From a virus, in the IMG/VR virus record IMGVR_UViG_3300030106_006480, positions 1 through 64,000 of that record: a stretch of 64,000 nt of DNA; one strand, 5' to 3'. The notes under the pieces are model-generated. The model was given only the letters and a program-made list of their open reading frames with translations. It did no database searches and was not told the DNA's origin. Each line of letters opens with the position of its first letter. The first letter of the stretch is position 1. Made by a program: the position numbers and the translations under genes. Positions 1 to 10,240 of this stretch are shown piece by piece.

Positions 1-1
1 A

Positions 2-1921
2 TCTAATTTAGATCGTTTTCCTGTCTTCAGTACAGTTACAGCTGGTGTTTCTCTTCCATATGTTGATGGAGACTTTAAATATAATCCTAGTCAAAATAGA
101 CTAACAATCGCTAATCTTGTAGCAACTCAAAGTGGTAACTTTGGCGGCAATGGTATTGTTTCTAGCGGCAATATTATTTGCGGACCGCAAACAGGTAGCG
201 TAGCTTTAACTCTTAATGATGGTTATGGAAATGCCAATATAGCATTTAACCATACAGCAGGAAAGCCTGATCAAGTTGGTAACGCACTAAGAATTAAAAC
301 CAATGTGGATGGAACTTCAAATCCCACAATGGAATTTCAAGGAGCAGTAGCAAGTTCAGCAGGATCAGCTACTAGTTTAAGTAATTTATTTAGATTAAGA
401 GAAACCGAAGGAGCAGACTTCCCTGGGCACGTAACAGCTAATGCAGGTAACTTTATTATTGGAAGTGATGGTTTTGGAATAACTTGGGATGATAGTGGCG
501 ATGATGCAGCAAGAGTTTATGCTGATCGCTCTTCTACTACATTTAATATTGATTTAAATTCAGTAGGGAGTATGGATATAAATACATTTAAAATCAGAGA
601 GAATAACGGTATGGGTGTCTTTAATGACCTATTAAGTCTCGACGACAATGCTTTAACAGTTACCAAAGTAATTGCACAAGAACTTGAACGTAGTGGAGGT
701 ATTACTATTGATGCTAATGGTGCTGGTGCAGATATAACTCTTAGTGCAGCCGATCATGTCATATTAAACAGTGGTTCAGAAGAAGATGGTGCTATTTACT
801 TTCGAGGAAAAAGCGGAGTAGACAGCTATCGATTTGCTAAATCAGGTCAAACTGCAATTGAAGGATTTTTAAGCTTTGAAAGTTTAAGTGCGGATAGAAC
901 ATTTACTTTTCCGAATACCACTGGAACTGTTGCTCTTACTTCAGATTTATCTAGTTACGCAGAAAAATCGGGGGCAACATTTACAGGCGAATTGCAGATA
1001 AATGCACGTTTAGATGTTGGTGATGGTAGTGATGGAAATCACGAAATTAGAATTTATAAAGGCGATAATAATGTCTCAGATCATATTCAGTTTTATAACG
1101 GAACAACCCGCATGGGTGAAATTGGTTGCGAAGATACTAATTGGCTAAGAATTAATCAGGAAACTGATATAAATATTTTTACCCCGCGTTATATCCGTGC
1201 AGATGGTGGACTCTTTGTAAACGGATTAACTAGAGGTATCAATGGTGATGGTGAATTTCTTGTTGGCCCTGGCTCTAGAACTGATCTAGGTCTTAAATTT
1301 GGAAATGATGAAGACACTGGAATGTATAGAGTCGGTAGTAATAGCCTTGCACTTGTGACAGGCGGAAATGTAAGAACAGTAATAGCAAGTAATGGTAATC
1401 AAAAACATTCTGCAATTGGTAACCCTACAAGAGCACATGAGTTTAAAACTAGTCGAGGTGGTAGTAATAGTTACTTTATTATTTCTGGTTACAATAGTGC
1501 TACCGTCAATGATGCTAGTGGTGGCACTGAAGTATTCCGAGTCCGTTCAAATGGAGGCGTACAAAATACTGCAAATGTTTATACTAGTTTGTCTGATGAA
1601 AGACTTAAAGAAAACATTGTTGATGCTCAGTCTCAATGGGATGATGTAAAAGCATTAAGGCTTGTTAATTTTAATTTTAGAGATGAAGTTGGTTATGGAT
1701 CAGAAAAATTACTTGGTTTTATTGCTCAAGAAGTTGAAGAAATTTGCCCTCAACTTGTCGATAGTGATGACTTAGATGATGAAGAATCGTTTGTCCCTGG
1801 TCAAAAATCAGTTAGGAATAGCATTATCATGACTAAAGCCTTTGGTGCTTTACAAGAAGCAATGACACGCATTGAACAACTAGAAGCACGTATTGCACAG
1901 TTAGAAGGATCCGAACCTTGA
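2..1921 (+). CDS. Tail fibre/tailspike, 5'-truncated, with C-terminal intramolecular chaperone (peptidase S74-like)
   Basis: Frame is open from the window edge; Gly/Ser/Thr/Asn-rich beta repeats; 'SDERLKENI...GFIAQEVEEICPQLV...ALQEAMTRIEQLE' S74 chaperone signature. Confidence 0.9.
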   Translation, partial: SNLDRFPVFSTVTAGVSLPYVDGDFKYNPSQNRLTIANLVATQSGNFGGNGIVSSGNIICGPQTGSVALTLNDGYGNANIAFNHTAGKPDQVGNALRIKTNVDGTSNPTMEFQGAVASSAGSATSLSNLFRLRETEGADFPGHVTANAGNFIIGSDGFGITWDDSGDDAARVYADRSSTTFNIDLNSVGSMDINTFKIRENNGMGVFNDLLSLDDNALTVTKVIAQELERSGGITIDANGAGADITLSAADHVILNSGSEEDGAIYFRGKSGVDSYRFAKSGQTAIEGFLSFESLSADRTFTFPNTTGTVALTSDLSSYAEKSGATFTGELQINARLDVGDGSDGNHEIRIYKGDNNVSDHIQFYNGTTRMGEIGCEDTNWLRINQETDINIFTPRYIRADGGLFVNGLTRGINGDGEFLVGPGSRTDLGLKFGNDEDTGMYRVGSNSLALVTGGNVRTVIASNGNQKHSAIGNPTRAHEFKTSRGGSNSYFIISGYNSATVNDASGGTEVFRVRSNGGVQNTANVYTSLSDERLKENIVDAQSQWDDVKALRLVNFNFRDEVGYGSEKLLGFIAQEVEEICPQLVDSDDLDDEESFVPGQKSVRNSIIMTKAFGALQEAMTRIEQLEARIAQLEGSEP

Positions 1922-1976
1922 TTTATTGCACTGATTAAAGTTTTATCCTATATTTAATAAGAATTATTTTTTAGAA

Positions 1977-2153
1977 ATGGCTGTTAAAAAATCTGAATTA
2001 CTTGCTGCAATTCAAACGGGAATTGATGCAAGTAAATCAAATAATAAATATTTAATTGAGTACGCAAGTCAAATTCTTGGAAACACGTTGAATAAAATTG
2101 ATTACGAACCAGAAGCAGAGGTTAAAGAAGAAATCAAAGAAGAGGCTAAGTGA
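1977..2153 (+). CDS. Small hypothetical protein (58 aa, MAVKKSELLAAIQ...), not in ORF track
   Basis: ATG at 1977, TGA at 2151-2153, directly followed by the lysin ATG. Confidence 0.7.
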   Translation: MAVKKSELLAAIQTGIDASKSNNKYLIEYASQILGNTLNKIDYEPEAEVKEEIKEEAK

Positions 2154-2154
2154 A

Positions 2155-2853
2155 ATGAAAAGCCAACCAATTAATCTTACAGATGCAGCTTTTTGGTACA
2201 AACAAGAATCGCATCAGGTAGCTGCTTTTAATTACTTACAATCTATATTAAGTGAGGAAGAGCTAGAAAATTTTGCAGAAATTTATAGAGCAGGACCTGT
2301 TATGCCACCAACAAATGGTCCTTTAACTCCTGATGTTTTTGCTGAATTAACAGGATATTCTGCTGATAAATTTACAGAACAAGAATGTCTTGATGCAAAT
2401 CGTCTTTTTCAAGAAACTGATTTTATTAGACATAAAGATGCAATGTGTATGTTACTTGGCAATATTTTGCACGAGACGGGTAACATGCGCTGGCTAAAAG
2501 AATTAGCTTCAGGAGAAGCTTATGAAAATCGCGCCGACCTGGGAAATACACAACCTGGAGATGGACCTAAATACAAAGGAGCCGGAGTTTTACAACTTAC
2601 AGGTAGGTATAACTACTCAATTCTAGCCAAAGATGTTAATGATACCAAGGTAATTGAATACGGTTGTGATTATGTAGCAACAACATATCCTTTCATGTCA
2701 GCCTATTCTTGGATTGAAAACAATAAACTATTACACGTTTGCCTGAAAGAAGGTTTTGATAAATGCTGTTATAGAATTAATGGAGGTTGGAACGGTTACG
2801 AAGACCGCAAAAAGAAATACGAAATCTGTAAAAGAGTATTCAATGTCAAATAA
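2155..2853 (+). CDS. GH19 chitinase-like endolysin
   Basis: 'ILHETG...ELASGEAYENRADLGNTQPGDGPKYKGAGVLQLTGRYNY...INGGWNGYEDR' GH19 motifs; start moved to ATG 2155. Confidence 0.88.
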   Translation: MKSQPINLTDAAFWYKQESHQVAAFNYLQSILSEEELENFAEIYRAGPVMPPTNGPLTPDVFAELTGYSADKFTEQECLDANRLFQETDFIRHKDAMCMLLGNILHETGNMRWLKELASGEAYENRADLGNTQPGDGPKYKGAGVLQLTGRYNYSILAKDVNDTKVIEYGCDYVATTYPFMSAYSWIENNKLLHVCLKEGFDKCCYRINGGWNGYEDRKKKYEICKRVFNVK

Positions 2854-3004
2854 AAATAATAATGCAAAACGAGTTAATGTTTGCTGGGAATTAAATGGAG
2901 AAAGATGCTGCAAGACTTTATCAAAAGATGAAGCCTATGCAATTAAAAATAAAATGAAAGAAGAGGATGGAACCATTTTTTGGTTCCAAGCTCTAGATGA
3001 TTAA
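2843..3004 (+). CDS. Small hypothetical protein
   Basis: ATG 2843 overlaps the lysin 3' end; 53 aa. Confidence 0.6.
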   Translation: MSNKNNNAKRVNVCWELNGERCCKTLSKDEAYAIKNKMKEEDGTIFWFQALDD

Positions 3005-3009
3005 TCCAT

Positions 3010-3156
3010 TTACTTTTTAGTTAATGGCTTGAGTTTTACAAGTGCTTTCAAAACAATCTGAATAATGCTGTTATCTTTTAATGGAGATAAAGCAATAATT
3101 TCAGAAGCAGCAGCAACGACAACCCAAGTAATAGGATTAGCTAAAAGATCATGCAT
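3010..3156 (-). CDS. Small hydrophobic protein (MHDLLANPITWVVVAAASEIIALSPLKDNS...), possibly holin-like; not in ORF track
   Basis: 48 aa ORF with a hydrophobic segment and basic C-terminus, close to the lysin. Confidence 0.6.
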   Translation of the reverse strand: MHDLLANPITWVVVAAASEIIALSPLKDNSIIQIVLKALVKLKPLTKK

Positions 3157-3184
3157 AATTTTTTTACCAAGCTACTTCTTTATT

Positions 3185-3970
3185 CTACCGATCAAAATCT
3201 TGTTGCTCTTCGCTTGGAGTAATTACATCATAAAAACCAGCACCTAAACTTTTTCTTTCATGTAAAGGAACTTCTTCTTTACAAGATGGAGCATAACTTT
3301 TTTGTTCTGTTTTAGTTTCCCAAAAATATTCTTCCGATTCTCCAAGGCGACCCCATTTAGCATTAGGATACTCAACATTAAAGTAACGAGAAGACACTAA
3401 GAAATCAGGAATTTTTAGTTGTTCTGGCGACAAACTAGGGTCAATAACGCGGCACCTGTTATTGGGGTACGCTGCAATTTGACCATTTGACAATGTAACA
3501 ATATTGAACGATTTGTGCTCGTCTGGGGTTTCGGAGAAAGAAAGATCAGCCCTAGAGCGGTCCCCATTAAAGCTGTCAATAGTAAACAAATATTCGCCAG
3601 AGAGAGTCCCGTGTAGTTTTGTTCTGACTTCCCATCCTGCTGTATATGTAAGATTTTTTTCAAGCGTTGTAATGTCATGACTAAAGCAATTCCAGAATTG
3701 TAGTTCTTCTAATGGCAAGTCTGGATCAGGAACATTTGGTGTTTGCGGTGAATCTGAGTCCCACGCAAGAAACGCCGAGATGGGAAGTTTGTCATAGAGT
3801 GCTCCGTAATCTGGTAAAAACGTTTCAAAGTAAAAACACCTACCAGGAAGAGACTTAGCACTGACCCAATAACCAAGTACATATTCCCCGTGCCCATCAC
3901 GTAAATCCCTTAGATACTCTTTGCGGACCCATACCTTTAATGGAGGAACATTGGTAATGAGTGTACTCAC
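3185..3970 (-). CDS. Conserved-looking phage hypothetical protein
   Basis: 261 aa ORF; 'YGALYDKLPISAF' and 'NGQIAAYPNNR' resemble a widespread marine phage family (recalled, not searched). Confidence 0.7.
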   Translation of the reverse strand: MSTLITNVPPLKVWVRKEYLRDLRDGHGEYVLGYWVSAKSLPGRCFYFETFLPDYGALYDKLPISAFLAWDSDSPQTPNVPDPDLPLEELQFWNCFSHDITTLEKNLTYTAGWEVRTKLHGTLSGEYLFTIDSFNGDRSRADLSFSETPDEHKSFNIVTLSNGQIAAYPNNRCRVIDPSLSPEQLKIPDFLVSSRYFNVEYPNAKWGRLGESEEYFWETKTEQKSYAPSCKEEVPLHERKSLGAGFYDVITPSEEQQDFDR

Positions 3971-4089
3971 AAGAAATTAATCTTCGTATATTCGGCATTC
4001 TAACGCCCATGGAAACTCTTCGCAGTATTTTTTAAACTCTTCTGTTGGATTAGGCTTCTTAGTACCAAACAAGATCTGAAGTAATTTTT

Positions 4090-4950
4090 TCATGGTCGAT
4101 TAGCGAGAGGAACAAATAATTCAGGAAATGGTACAGAATTTGTAAATTCTGCTACCCAAGCTTGTTTCCAAGCAGATAGAGACCTGTCTCGAACACTTTC
4201 AAAGTACAGATCAGGAGCATCTAATAAAATGAAAGATTGATCTGCTGGATCAGGAGTCTCATCAATTAGCCAGGTAATTCCTTTATTTAAAGAATCACTT
4301 ACTGTTACTGTAACACCAGAAACAATTTCAGCTAACTCAGATGAAAAAGCATTTTGAGTAGGTCCTATTGTTTGATCAGAAGAAATAGGACTAACAACAA
4401 TTAAAGAGTTTGTACTACCATCATCAATTGAGTTTTCTATAACAAATAATTCTCCTTCATTTTCTTCTGTTTGAATAAAACCAAATGTTTCCTTGGTCTC
4501 TACAATGACACCTATTTCATAATCTAAAGGCTCATTTCTAGTGTTAGAAACAATTAAATAATAAACTCCTGGTTTTAGTGCTAAATAAAGTTCATTATTT
4601 TTATCAATACGAAGAGGGTCAAATGTATTGTATGTATCAGATAAAGCATAAGAAATCTGATCATCAAAAGCCTTTGGATCAAGAGTATCAGATTGGAGAA
4701 TATAACGAGCTTCTATAGGAACAGTGTTTCCATCCAAAGGAGTAACAGAATAATATGTTAGATTTTTTCCTCCTTTTACTACTAATATCCAAGCAGATTC
4801 TTCAAGAACTAGTTTATAACAGTGGTTAGTATTACCTCCTCCATAACCGTTAGACTGAACCTCATGCAGCGCCTGTAAAGTACCTTGCAAAAGACGTAGA
4901 GATGTTTTATTAAATTTTCCTAAATCAAATGTCTTATTTAAAATTGACAT
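4090..4950 (-). CDS. Hypothetical beta-rich protein
   Basis: 286 aa ORF; 'LKPGVYYLIVS' PPC/Ig-like strand. Confidence 0.6.
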   Translation of the reverse strand: MSILNKTFDLGKFNKTSLRLLQGTLQALHEVQSNGYGGGNTNHCYKLVLEESAWILVVKGGKNLTYYSVTPLDGNTVPIEARYILQSDTLDPKAFDDQISYALSDTYNTFDPLRIDKNNELYLALKPGVYYLIVSNTRNEPLDYEIGVIVETKETFGFIQTEENEGELFVIENSIDDGSTNSLIVVSPISSDQTIGPTQNAFSSELAEIVSGVTVTVSDSLNKGITWLIDETPDPADQSFILLDAPDLYFESVRDRSLSAWKQAWVAEFTNSVPFPELFVPLANRP

Positions 4951-4962
4951 CTACAAATATCT

Positions 4963-5685
4963 TTATTCTTCATTGTACTTCTGGGCAATTTTAATTGCTG
5001 CGGTCATACTTGATGCGACAATACTGGGACTAGAAATAGTTTTTTTAAAGTTAGGCTCAACAAGAGTATGCAAAGGAATTCCTTGATGTCTTGTTTTTTC
5101 CATCAACATTAGCTTTTGCACGTCATATTTTAAATCAAAATAATGAAAATCCTTGGGAGGAGTATCGCGATTCCAGCTTGAGACTAAGTGTAGAGGGTTC
5201 ATACAATCTTTGTTCCCACAACTATGAGTAACAGAATGGGAACCGATATCTCCCCAAGCCATCATATAAATTGCTTTTTGATAAGTAACATTATCTACTC
5301 GCTTTTTAAAATGCATTCTATGAGAAGGCATTGAGATTCTTTTTTTTCTTAGACCAGGAACAAGCCAACAATCTTCTGGGTTTCCTACGGTTATGGATTG
5401 CCATAAGCGATAACAATAATCTTTATACTCTGAATCAATATAATTAATGTCTATGCCACATATATTTGTCTGTATTTTCTTTACACAGTGGTAACACCAA
5501 TGTTTTTCTTTGTCTCTAATACGATGACCATGAGGACATGGATGTCCAATATAATAACCATACTCATCAATGTCATTACAATCTTTAGGTATTTGCCTAA
5601 AGTTTAATGAAGTGTCTATCAACTTAAGACGAGAAGGTCTTGTTTTGGGACGGTAAGCCATGCAGAAATGTGCAGAAATGTACAA
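4963..5685 (-). CDS. Zn-binding HNH-like endonuclease
   Basis: 'CPHGH...CYHC' Zn ribbon; 'DCW...VTHSCGNKDCMNPLHL' HNH/His-Cys loop. Confidence 0.7.
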   Translation of the reverse strand: MYISAHFCMAYRPKTRPSRLKLIDTSLNFRQIPKDCNDIDEYGYYIGHPCPHGHRIRDKEKHWCYHCVKKIQTNICGIDINYIDSEYKDYCYRLWQSITVGNPEDCWLVPGLRKKRISMPSHRMHFKKRVDNVTYQKAIYMMAWGDIGSHSVTHSCGNKDCMNPLHLVSSWNRDTPPKDFHYFDLKYDVQKLMLMEKTRHQGIPLHTLVEPNFKKTISSPSIVASSMTAAIKIAQKYNEE

Positions 5686-5715
5686 ATGGGGGTCTATTTA
5701 TTTTTTTCTCTAAGC

Positions 5716-5828
5716 GTGCGACATGATGAACCGACATATTTTACCGACATATTTAGCATAGCACAAGGTTAGATAGTTTTCCACAGGTTTGCTCAACTTG
5801 TCGCACTGCTAATGCATAGGGTGGATAA
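5716..5828. repeat. Intergenic repeat cluster with DnaA-box-like sites
   Basis: ACCGACATATTT at 5730 and 5743; inverted repeat GTGCGACA (5716) / TGTCGCAC (5799); TTTTCCACA at 5777; GGTGGATAA at 5820. Confidence 0.55.
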
Positions 5829-5857
5829 GGGGGTATTTGTGCAGTTCTGCATGGTTG

Positions 5858-6118
5858 TCAGTCTTCTTCATTTTCTTGATCGAAAGTAATTCCTGCATCA
5901 AACATCAGATCTTCAATCTTTGTTCGATCGCGCAACCAAGGAGATCCACCTTCAACCCCCTTCTTTGGATTGATACATTTGATTAATTTTTCTTCATCTT
6001 TTACTCCATTACAAATAAAGAAAGCAAGATCAAGCTCGCTTCCTTTACTTCCCGTCCGCATATAAAACTGGCCGTCAAGCCAGATTGCTCCACAAATTGG
6101 ACAGTCTTTTCGTATCAT
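5858..6118 (-). CDS. Small Cys-containing hypothetical protein
   Basis: 'CPICGAIWLDGQ...ELDLAFFICN'; start overlaps the GT stop. Confidence 0.7.
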   Translation of the reverse strand: MIRKDCPICGAIWLDGQFYMRTGSKGSELDLAFFICNGVKDEEKLIKCINPKKGVEGGSPWLRDRTKIEDLMFDAGITFDQENEED

Positions 6119-7374
6119 GCAGCTACCTTATTTTTGTTTTTTTTGCGACGGCTTTTTCTAGGTAACACCTGGATTTCAGGGGGCTCAGGGGGCTTGTTAA
6201 GCACCTCCTGGAACTGTTCATTAAATTGCTCAGCAACAGTGGCCCACTGGTATTTGGTGTCTGTGGCGCGGTCGTAGCAGCGATCAGCAACGTCCTGGAG
6301 CAGCTTACGATCGTGGTAATAGGAATCAAGAATTTCAACCAAGTGCTCTGCGCTAGGACAAGGCATTTCTCGGTTGTAGTTCATGTCTACATCAATGAAA
6401 TCAGAACGAATCATTTCGCCTGTATCTTGGAAAATCTCTTTTAGAGAAGTGTGATCGGGAACAATTTGCGCTACTCGACATGAACCATGCTCATGATTAA
6501 CAAGACCATGACCTTCTCCTTTACAAGTATTAATACCTACATCAGCGCAGTTGTAGATAGTGTTAAGCAACTCAACAGGAACACTGGGAGGTGCAAGAGT
6601 ATCAGCAGTCATAATGATGCGGTTATTAGCATCGATACCCCGCTTAGCCATTTCACGACCAAACAGTTGCATTACATCCCAGCCTTGATCTTTTTTGCCC
6701 ATATGTAGATACAATTTTGTGTCAGGTTTATCTACAGCAAACCGAGCAAAGGCTTCGATAGTAATATCAATTCGCTTACGAGCCTGGTTTCGATTGCCAT
6801 TAAAGACAATAAAGTCATCAGGATTTAGATTTAGTTCTTTACGGCAAGCCACTTTATCCTTTGGATAGAATTGACCGTTCGTAATGCCGTGAGGGATAAC
6901 TGCAACAGGTTTTTGTAATCCTGCTTTAAGGAATTCCTTAGCACCAAATTCAGTATAAGAAATGACAAGATCCCAAAGGTTAGAAAAATCACCAACACAG
7001 CCAGTCCAGCCATAGCTGTCCATTGGCATGTAAGCAATGAATTTAAATTGTTCTTGTTGATGAAGATCTTTAATTTGATCGTAGATTTGATTTACAATCC
7101 AACAATCATTATTAACAAAGACCAAATCAGGTTTTACTAATTCTGTAATTTCACGAATACGTTGTACACCAAAAGGTTCTGTTTGAAAACGATTAGAGCT
7201 GGGGTGCATCTCAAATTCTTTTTGATAGTCATTAGGATCTCCCCACCAGTTATTACCTAAAATTACAATTTCATATCGATCTTTCAAACGTGTAATTAAA
7301 TTTTCAGTAACTCGTGCAAAACCAGTTCGGGCAACAATATCGCCAGACCACAAAATCTTAGGTTTTTTAGACAT
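6115..7374 (-). CDS. GT-B fold (GT4-like) glycosyltransferase
   Basis: 'TGFARVT', 'GNRNQARKRID', 'IYNCADVGINTCKGEGHGLVNHE' (EX7E motif). Confidence 0.9.
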   Translation of the reverse strand: MSKKPKILWSGDIVARTGFARVTENLITRLKDRYEIVILGNNWWGDPNDYQKEFEMHPSSNRFQTEPFGVQRIREITELVKPDLVFVNNDCWIVNQIYDQIKDLHQQEQFKFIAYMPMDSYGWTGCVGDFSNLWDLVISYTEFGAKEFLKAGLQKPVAVIPHGITNGQFYPKDKVACRKELNLNPDDFIVFNGNRNQARKRIDITIEAFARFAVDKPDTKLYLHMGKKDQGWDVMQLFGREMAKRGIDANNRIIMTADTLAPPSVPVELLNTIYNCADVGINTCKGEGHGLVNHEHGSCRVAQIVPDHTSLKEIFQDTGEMIRSDFIDVDMNYNREMPCPSAEHLVEILDSYYHDRKLLQDVADRCYDRATDTKYQWATVAEQFNEQFQEVLNKPPEPPEIQVLPRKSRRKKNKNKVAA

Positions 7375-7398
7375 AACTACAGTGATACTGCAAATATA

Positions 7399-10005
7399 TT
7401 AACGCTTTATTTGAATATTTCCATAAAAATCATAATATTTTTCTGGTGTCTTACTAACAGCTACCAATGAAGGATAGGCAGTGTAGTCTTTACCGTCAGG
7501 ATTAGTACGGGTACAAACATTAAAGAAACGCTCTGTACGTGTATCTTTTTGTGTGTAGATGTTGAGCTTTAACTCATGATAAAAAAGTTGCTTTAACAAA
7601 TAGGTAAAGCGCGATCTAGAAATCTCTTTATAGTTTGATTGCAAACAAAACTCACAGTAGTTTGGATACAGATACTTTCGTGACTCGGCATAAATTTCTG
7701 AAGTCCCTGGTGGAGTTTTAACTCGTTTACCAATAAGAGACACAGTCCCTGGAGCATAAATTAAATTATTTTCCATCCAATCCAACATAGGATTTGAATT
7801 TAAAATTTGTTCTGAATTGAACTGTGCAAAGAAAGGAGCTTTCTTTTCAGTAGACATTAAGTATTCCCTCATCTCTTGTTCTGACATATCAAGCAACCAG
7901 TTCACAAGACCAGGCAACATGTCAGCAAAGATGCCTCCAGGTTCACCTTGACGATTGAATTTGATTAATTCTTTTTGTTCCGAAGGACCACCTTCAAAAG
8001 GACGATCAAAAGGAATAGTTAAACGACGACGAGATAAACCAGTGGTGTAATCAGTAGATTGAATCGCCTCGTTGGCAGTAATCATCACAAGTCCATGATA
8101 CTGAAAAGGAGGCATAGATTCTTTTTGATACTTGCGTTCAGAACGAATCCAGTCACCACCAGTAATAGCTTTTAATTTGGAGACAGAACCACCCCAGCGA
8201 TCAGCATCCTGGAAAAGAATTAGTTTCTTATCACGAAAAGCAGAAGCTTCAAAACGACTTTCTTCTAAGTTTTTGAAATCAGTTGAATAGGTATTGTCTT
8301 TACCAACAAGAGCAACAGCAAGATTGGCATAAGTAGATTTACCAGACTTACCTGGGCCAACAATCTCTACAAATTTTTGAATATCATATCGCCCCAAAAG
8401 TGTGGCTCTTAACCAAGCACGTAGAACTTGAACACGATCATCATCATTACGTTGAATATGTTTGAACCAATTTATAATTTCATAACACTTAGCATTAGCC
8501 TCATAGTTGTAGGGTAATTGCTGAGTCATGTAATAGTCTCGGCTAAAAGGAAGAAGCTCTTTAGTGTCCACTTTTAAGACACCGTTTTTAAACAACAACA
8601 TATCGTTGCTGTCATACCAATCAGTAGACGAGAGAGAAAGTTTTAGCTGACTAAAAATATCATTGAGCAAATTGATGCCATAACCCCGAGGCAACAAATC
8701 TTTTTTAATTATCTCAATCTTATTTTTAATATCAGCTTTAGCTTCTGTTTCTGTCAAGATACTCCACAAGCCTGGAGCCTTGTGAGCATACATAAAAAAC
8801 TGATCATGAGTAATAGAAAATCGAAGATCTCCTTTATACATTTGAAGCAGCTGATCTGATACGACATCAGCAGAAGCATTTCTACCTTTCTTATCTTCAG
8901 TTTTTTGAGGTACTTGAAATAAAGAATTTACAGTTGCTTGCTGCGCTGCATTAGCCCCAGTAGGAGAAGTAAAAGATTCTACGCGTGCCCCTGCCAATGA
9001 AGTTTCGTTACATTCTTTTGACATTGTTTCTACAAGATCAATCATTTCCATATCAGGAGCATTATGTTTATGATCCTGAGAAGGAGTCCAACCATGTTCT
9101 TTTGCTCCATGAAATATAGTACCTATTCCACGTCCGCCTTCTTTTGAAAAAGAAAGCCAACGACGATGACAATCTCCATCTTTATATTTATCTGATTGTT
9201 GAGACCATTTATCCCATTCTTCTAAAAGAGACTCATCAACAGAATGAAGACATTGACCCATCATTAGCCAAGCTTCATAATTATCTGCAACTTCAGCGGG
9301 ATAAGACCACATTGCATCAATAGCTTCTTTAATTTCGCGATCTTTTGACATTAAAGAGTTGATAGCAAAAGTAGGCCCAACAATCCGGGTTGCATGTTCT
9401 TGTGGAACACCTTGCTTCATATTTTTTTTAGCAATCCCTTTCATTAACCATTCAGGGACATTAGGCAAAGAAGTTGAAAACTCATATCCCTCGTTTTCTT
9501 TTGTGTAATAACCGTTGGTTTCAGGATGAAGACCCATCAAAACGCCTTGATGCCGCTTCCAAAGAATCTCTAATTTGTCTCCTTCTGTTTCCGAATGCCA
9601 AACATATTTATTACGAGCAAAATGTTTCCATAACTCTTTAGGCACTTTGTAAAGTTTACGTTCACGCCCTGGTTTACCACTACAAATAGTTAAAGTTTTT
9701 GGAAGAGCTTTTTTAAAAGGTTTACTAGAAATTTCTTCGACGAGATTATAAACAGATTGTCCATCAATATCTACCCAAACAAAACCATAAGGGTTGTTAT
9801 AAGCAGGCCCTCCAATCAAACCAATGGCTTTACAACGACCATTTTCTAGTTCTTTTTTAATTTGATTTATATCAAAAGGTTTTTGTTGCCACCCCTGTAT
9901 ATATGGATTTTTATTTTCTCCTAATGGTGTGAGAGGCCAATCTTGACATAAATAATCAATCTTGATTTCTCCTGCAAGAAGAGATTGAGAATTCATTTCA
10001 GTCAT
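7399..10005 (-). CDS. Bifunctional primase-polymerase + PriCT-2 + D5/P4-type SF3 helicase
   Basis: N-terminal 'KNPYIQGWQ...WVDIDG'; PriCT-2 'YEAWLMMGQCL...WDKWSQQSDKY'; Walker A 'GPGKSGKST'; 'KAITGGD', 'TANE', 'RRR'. Confidence 0.92.
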   Translation of the reverse strand: MTEMNSQSLLAGEIKIDYLCQDWPLTPLGENKNPYIQGWQQKPFDINQIKKELENGRCKAIGLIGGPAYNNPYGFVWVDIDGQSVYNLVEEISSKPFKKALPKTLTICSGKPGRERKLYKVPKELWKHFARNKYVWHSETEGDKLEILWKRHQGVLMGLHPETNGYYTKENEGYEFSTSLPNVPEWLMKGIAKKNMKQGVPQEHATRIVGPTFAINSLMSKDREIKEAIDAMWSYPAEVADNYEAWLMMGQCLHSVDESLLEEWDKWSQQSDKYKDGDCHRRWLSFSKEGGRGIGTIFHGAKEHGWTPSQDHKHNAPDMEMIDLVETMSKECNETSLAGARVESFTSPTGANAAQQATVNSLFQVPQKTEDKKGRNASADVVSDQLLQMYKGDLRFSITHDQFFMYAHKAPGLWSILTETEAKADIKNKIEIIKKDLLPRGYGINLLNDIFSQLKLSLSSTDWYDSNDMLLFKNGVLKVDTKELLPFSRDYYMTQQLPYNYEANAKCYEIINWFKHIQRNDDDRVQVLRAWLRATLLGRYDIQKFVEIVGPGKSGKSTYANLAVALVGKDNTYSTDFKNLEESRFEASAFRDKKLILFQDADRWGGSVSKLKAITGGDWIRSERKYQKESMPPFQYHGLVMITANEAIQSTDYTTGLSRRRLTIPFDRPFEGGPSEQKELIKFNRQGEPGGIFADMLPGLVNWLLDMSEQEMREYLMSTEKKAPFFAQFNSEQILNSNPMLDWMENNLIYAPGTVSLIGKRVKTPPGTSEIYAESRKYLYPNYCEFCLQSNYKEISRSRFTYLLKQLFYHELKLNIYTQKDTRTERFFNVCTRTNPDGKDYTAYPSLVAVSKTPEKYYDFYGNIQIKR

Positions 10006-10183
10006 GACAATCGATTTCTAGTTTAACGGTAAAGTTTCTTTCAGGAAAAGAAGTTTGTTTTAAAATTTGGAAAGCATGCATGTGCATCAAACTGGGCAGC
10101 AAGAAGGTAGTTTCGTCTGGGGCTTGTGCCATCAGACCTGACATGCCAAACATCCACTGCCCTAAGGAAACTTTAATTTCCAT
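9998..10183 (-). CDS. Small hypothetical protein
   Basis: 61 aa ORF overlapping the primase start. Confidence 0.6.
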   Translation of the reverse strand: MEIKVSLGQWMFGMSGLMAQAPDETTFLLPSLMHMHAFQILKQTSFPERNFTVKLEIDCHD

Positions 10184-10240
10184 AGGGGGCGTTTAGAGGT
10201 TTCTATATCCTAGGAGGACTTAACCAAATAGTTAGTGAGT

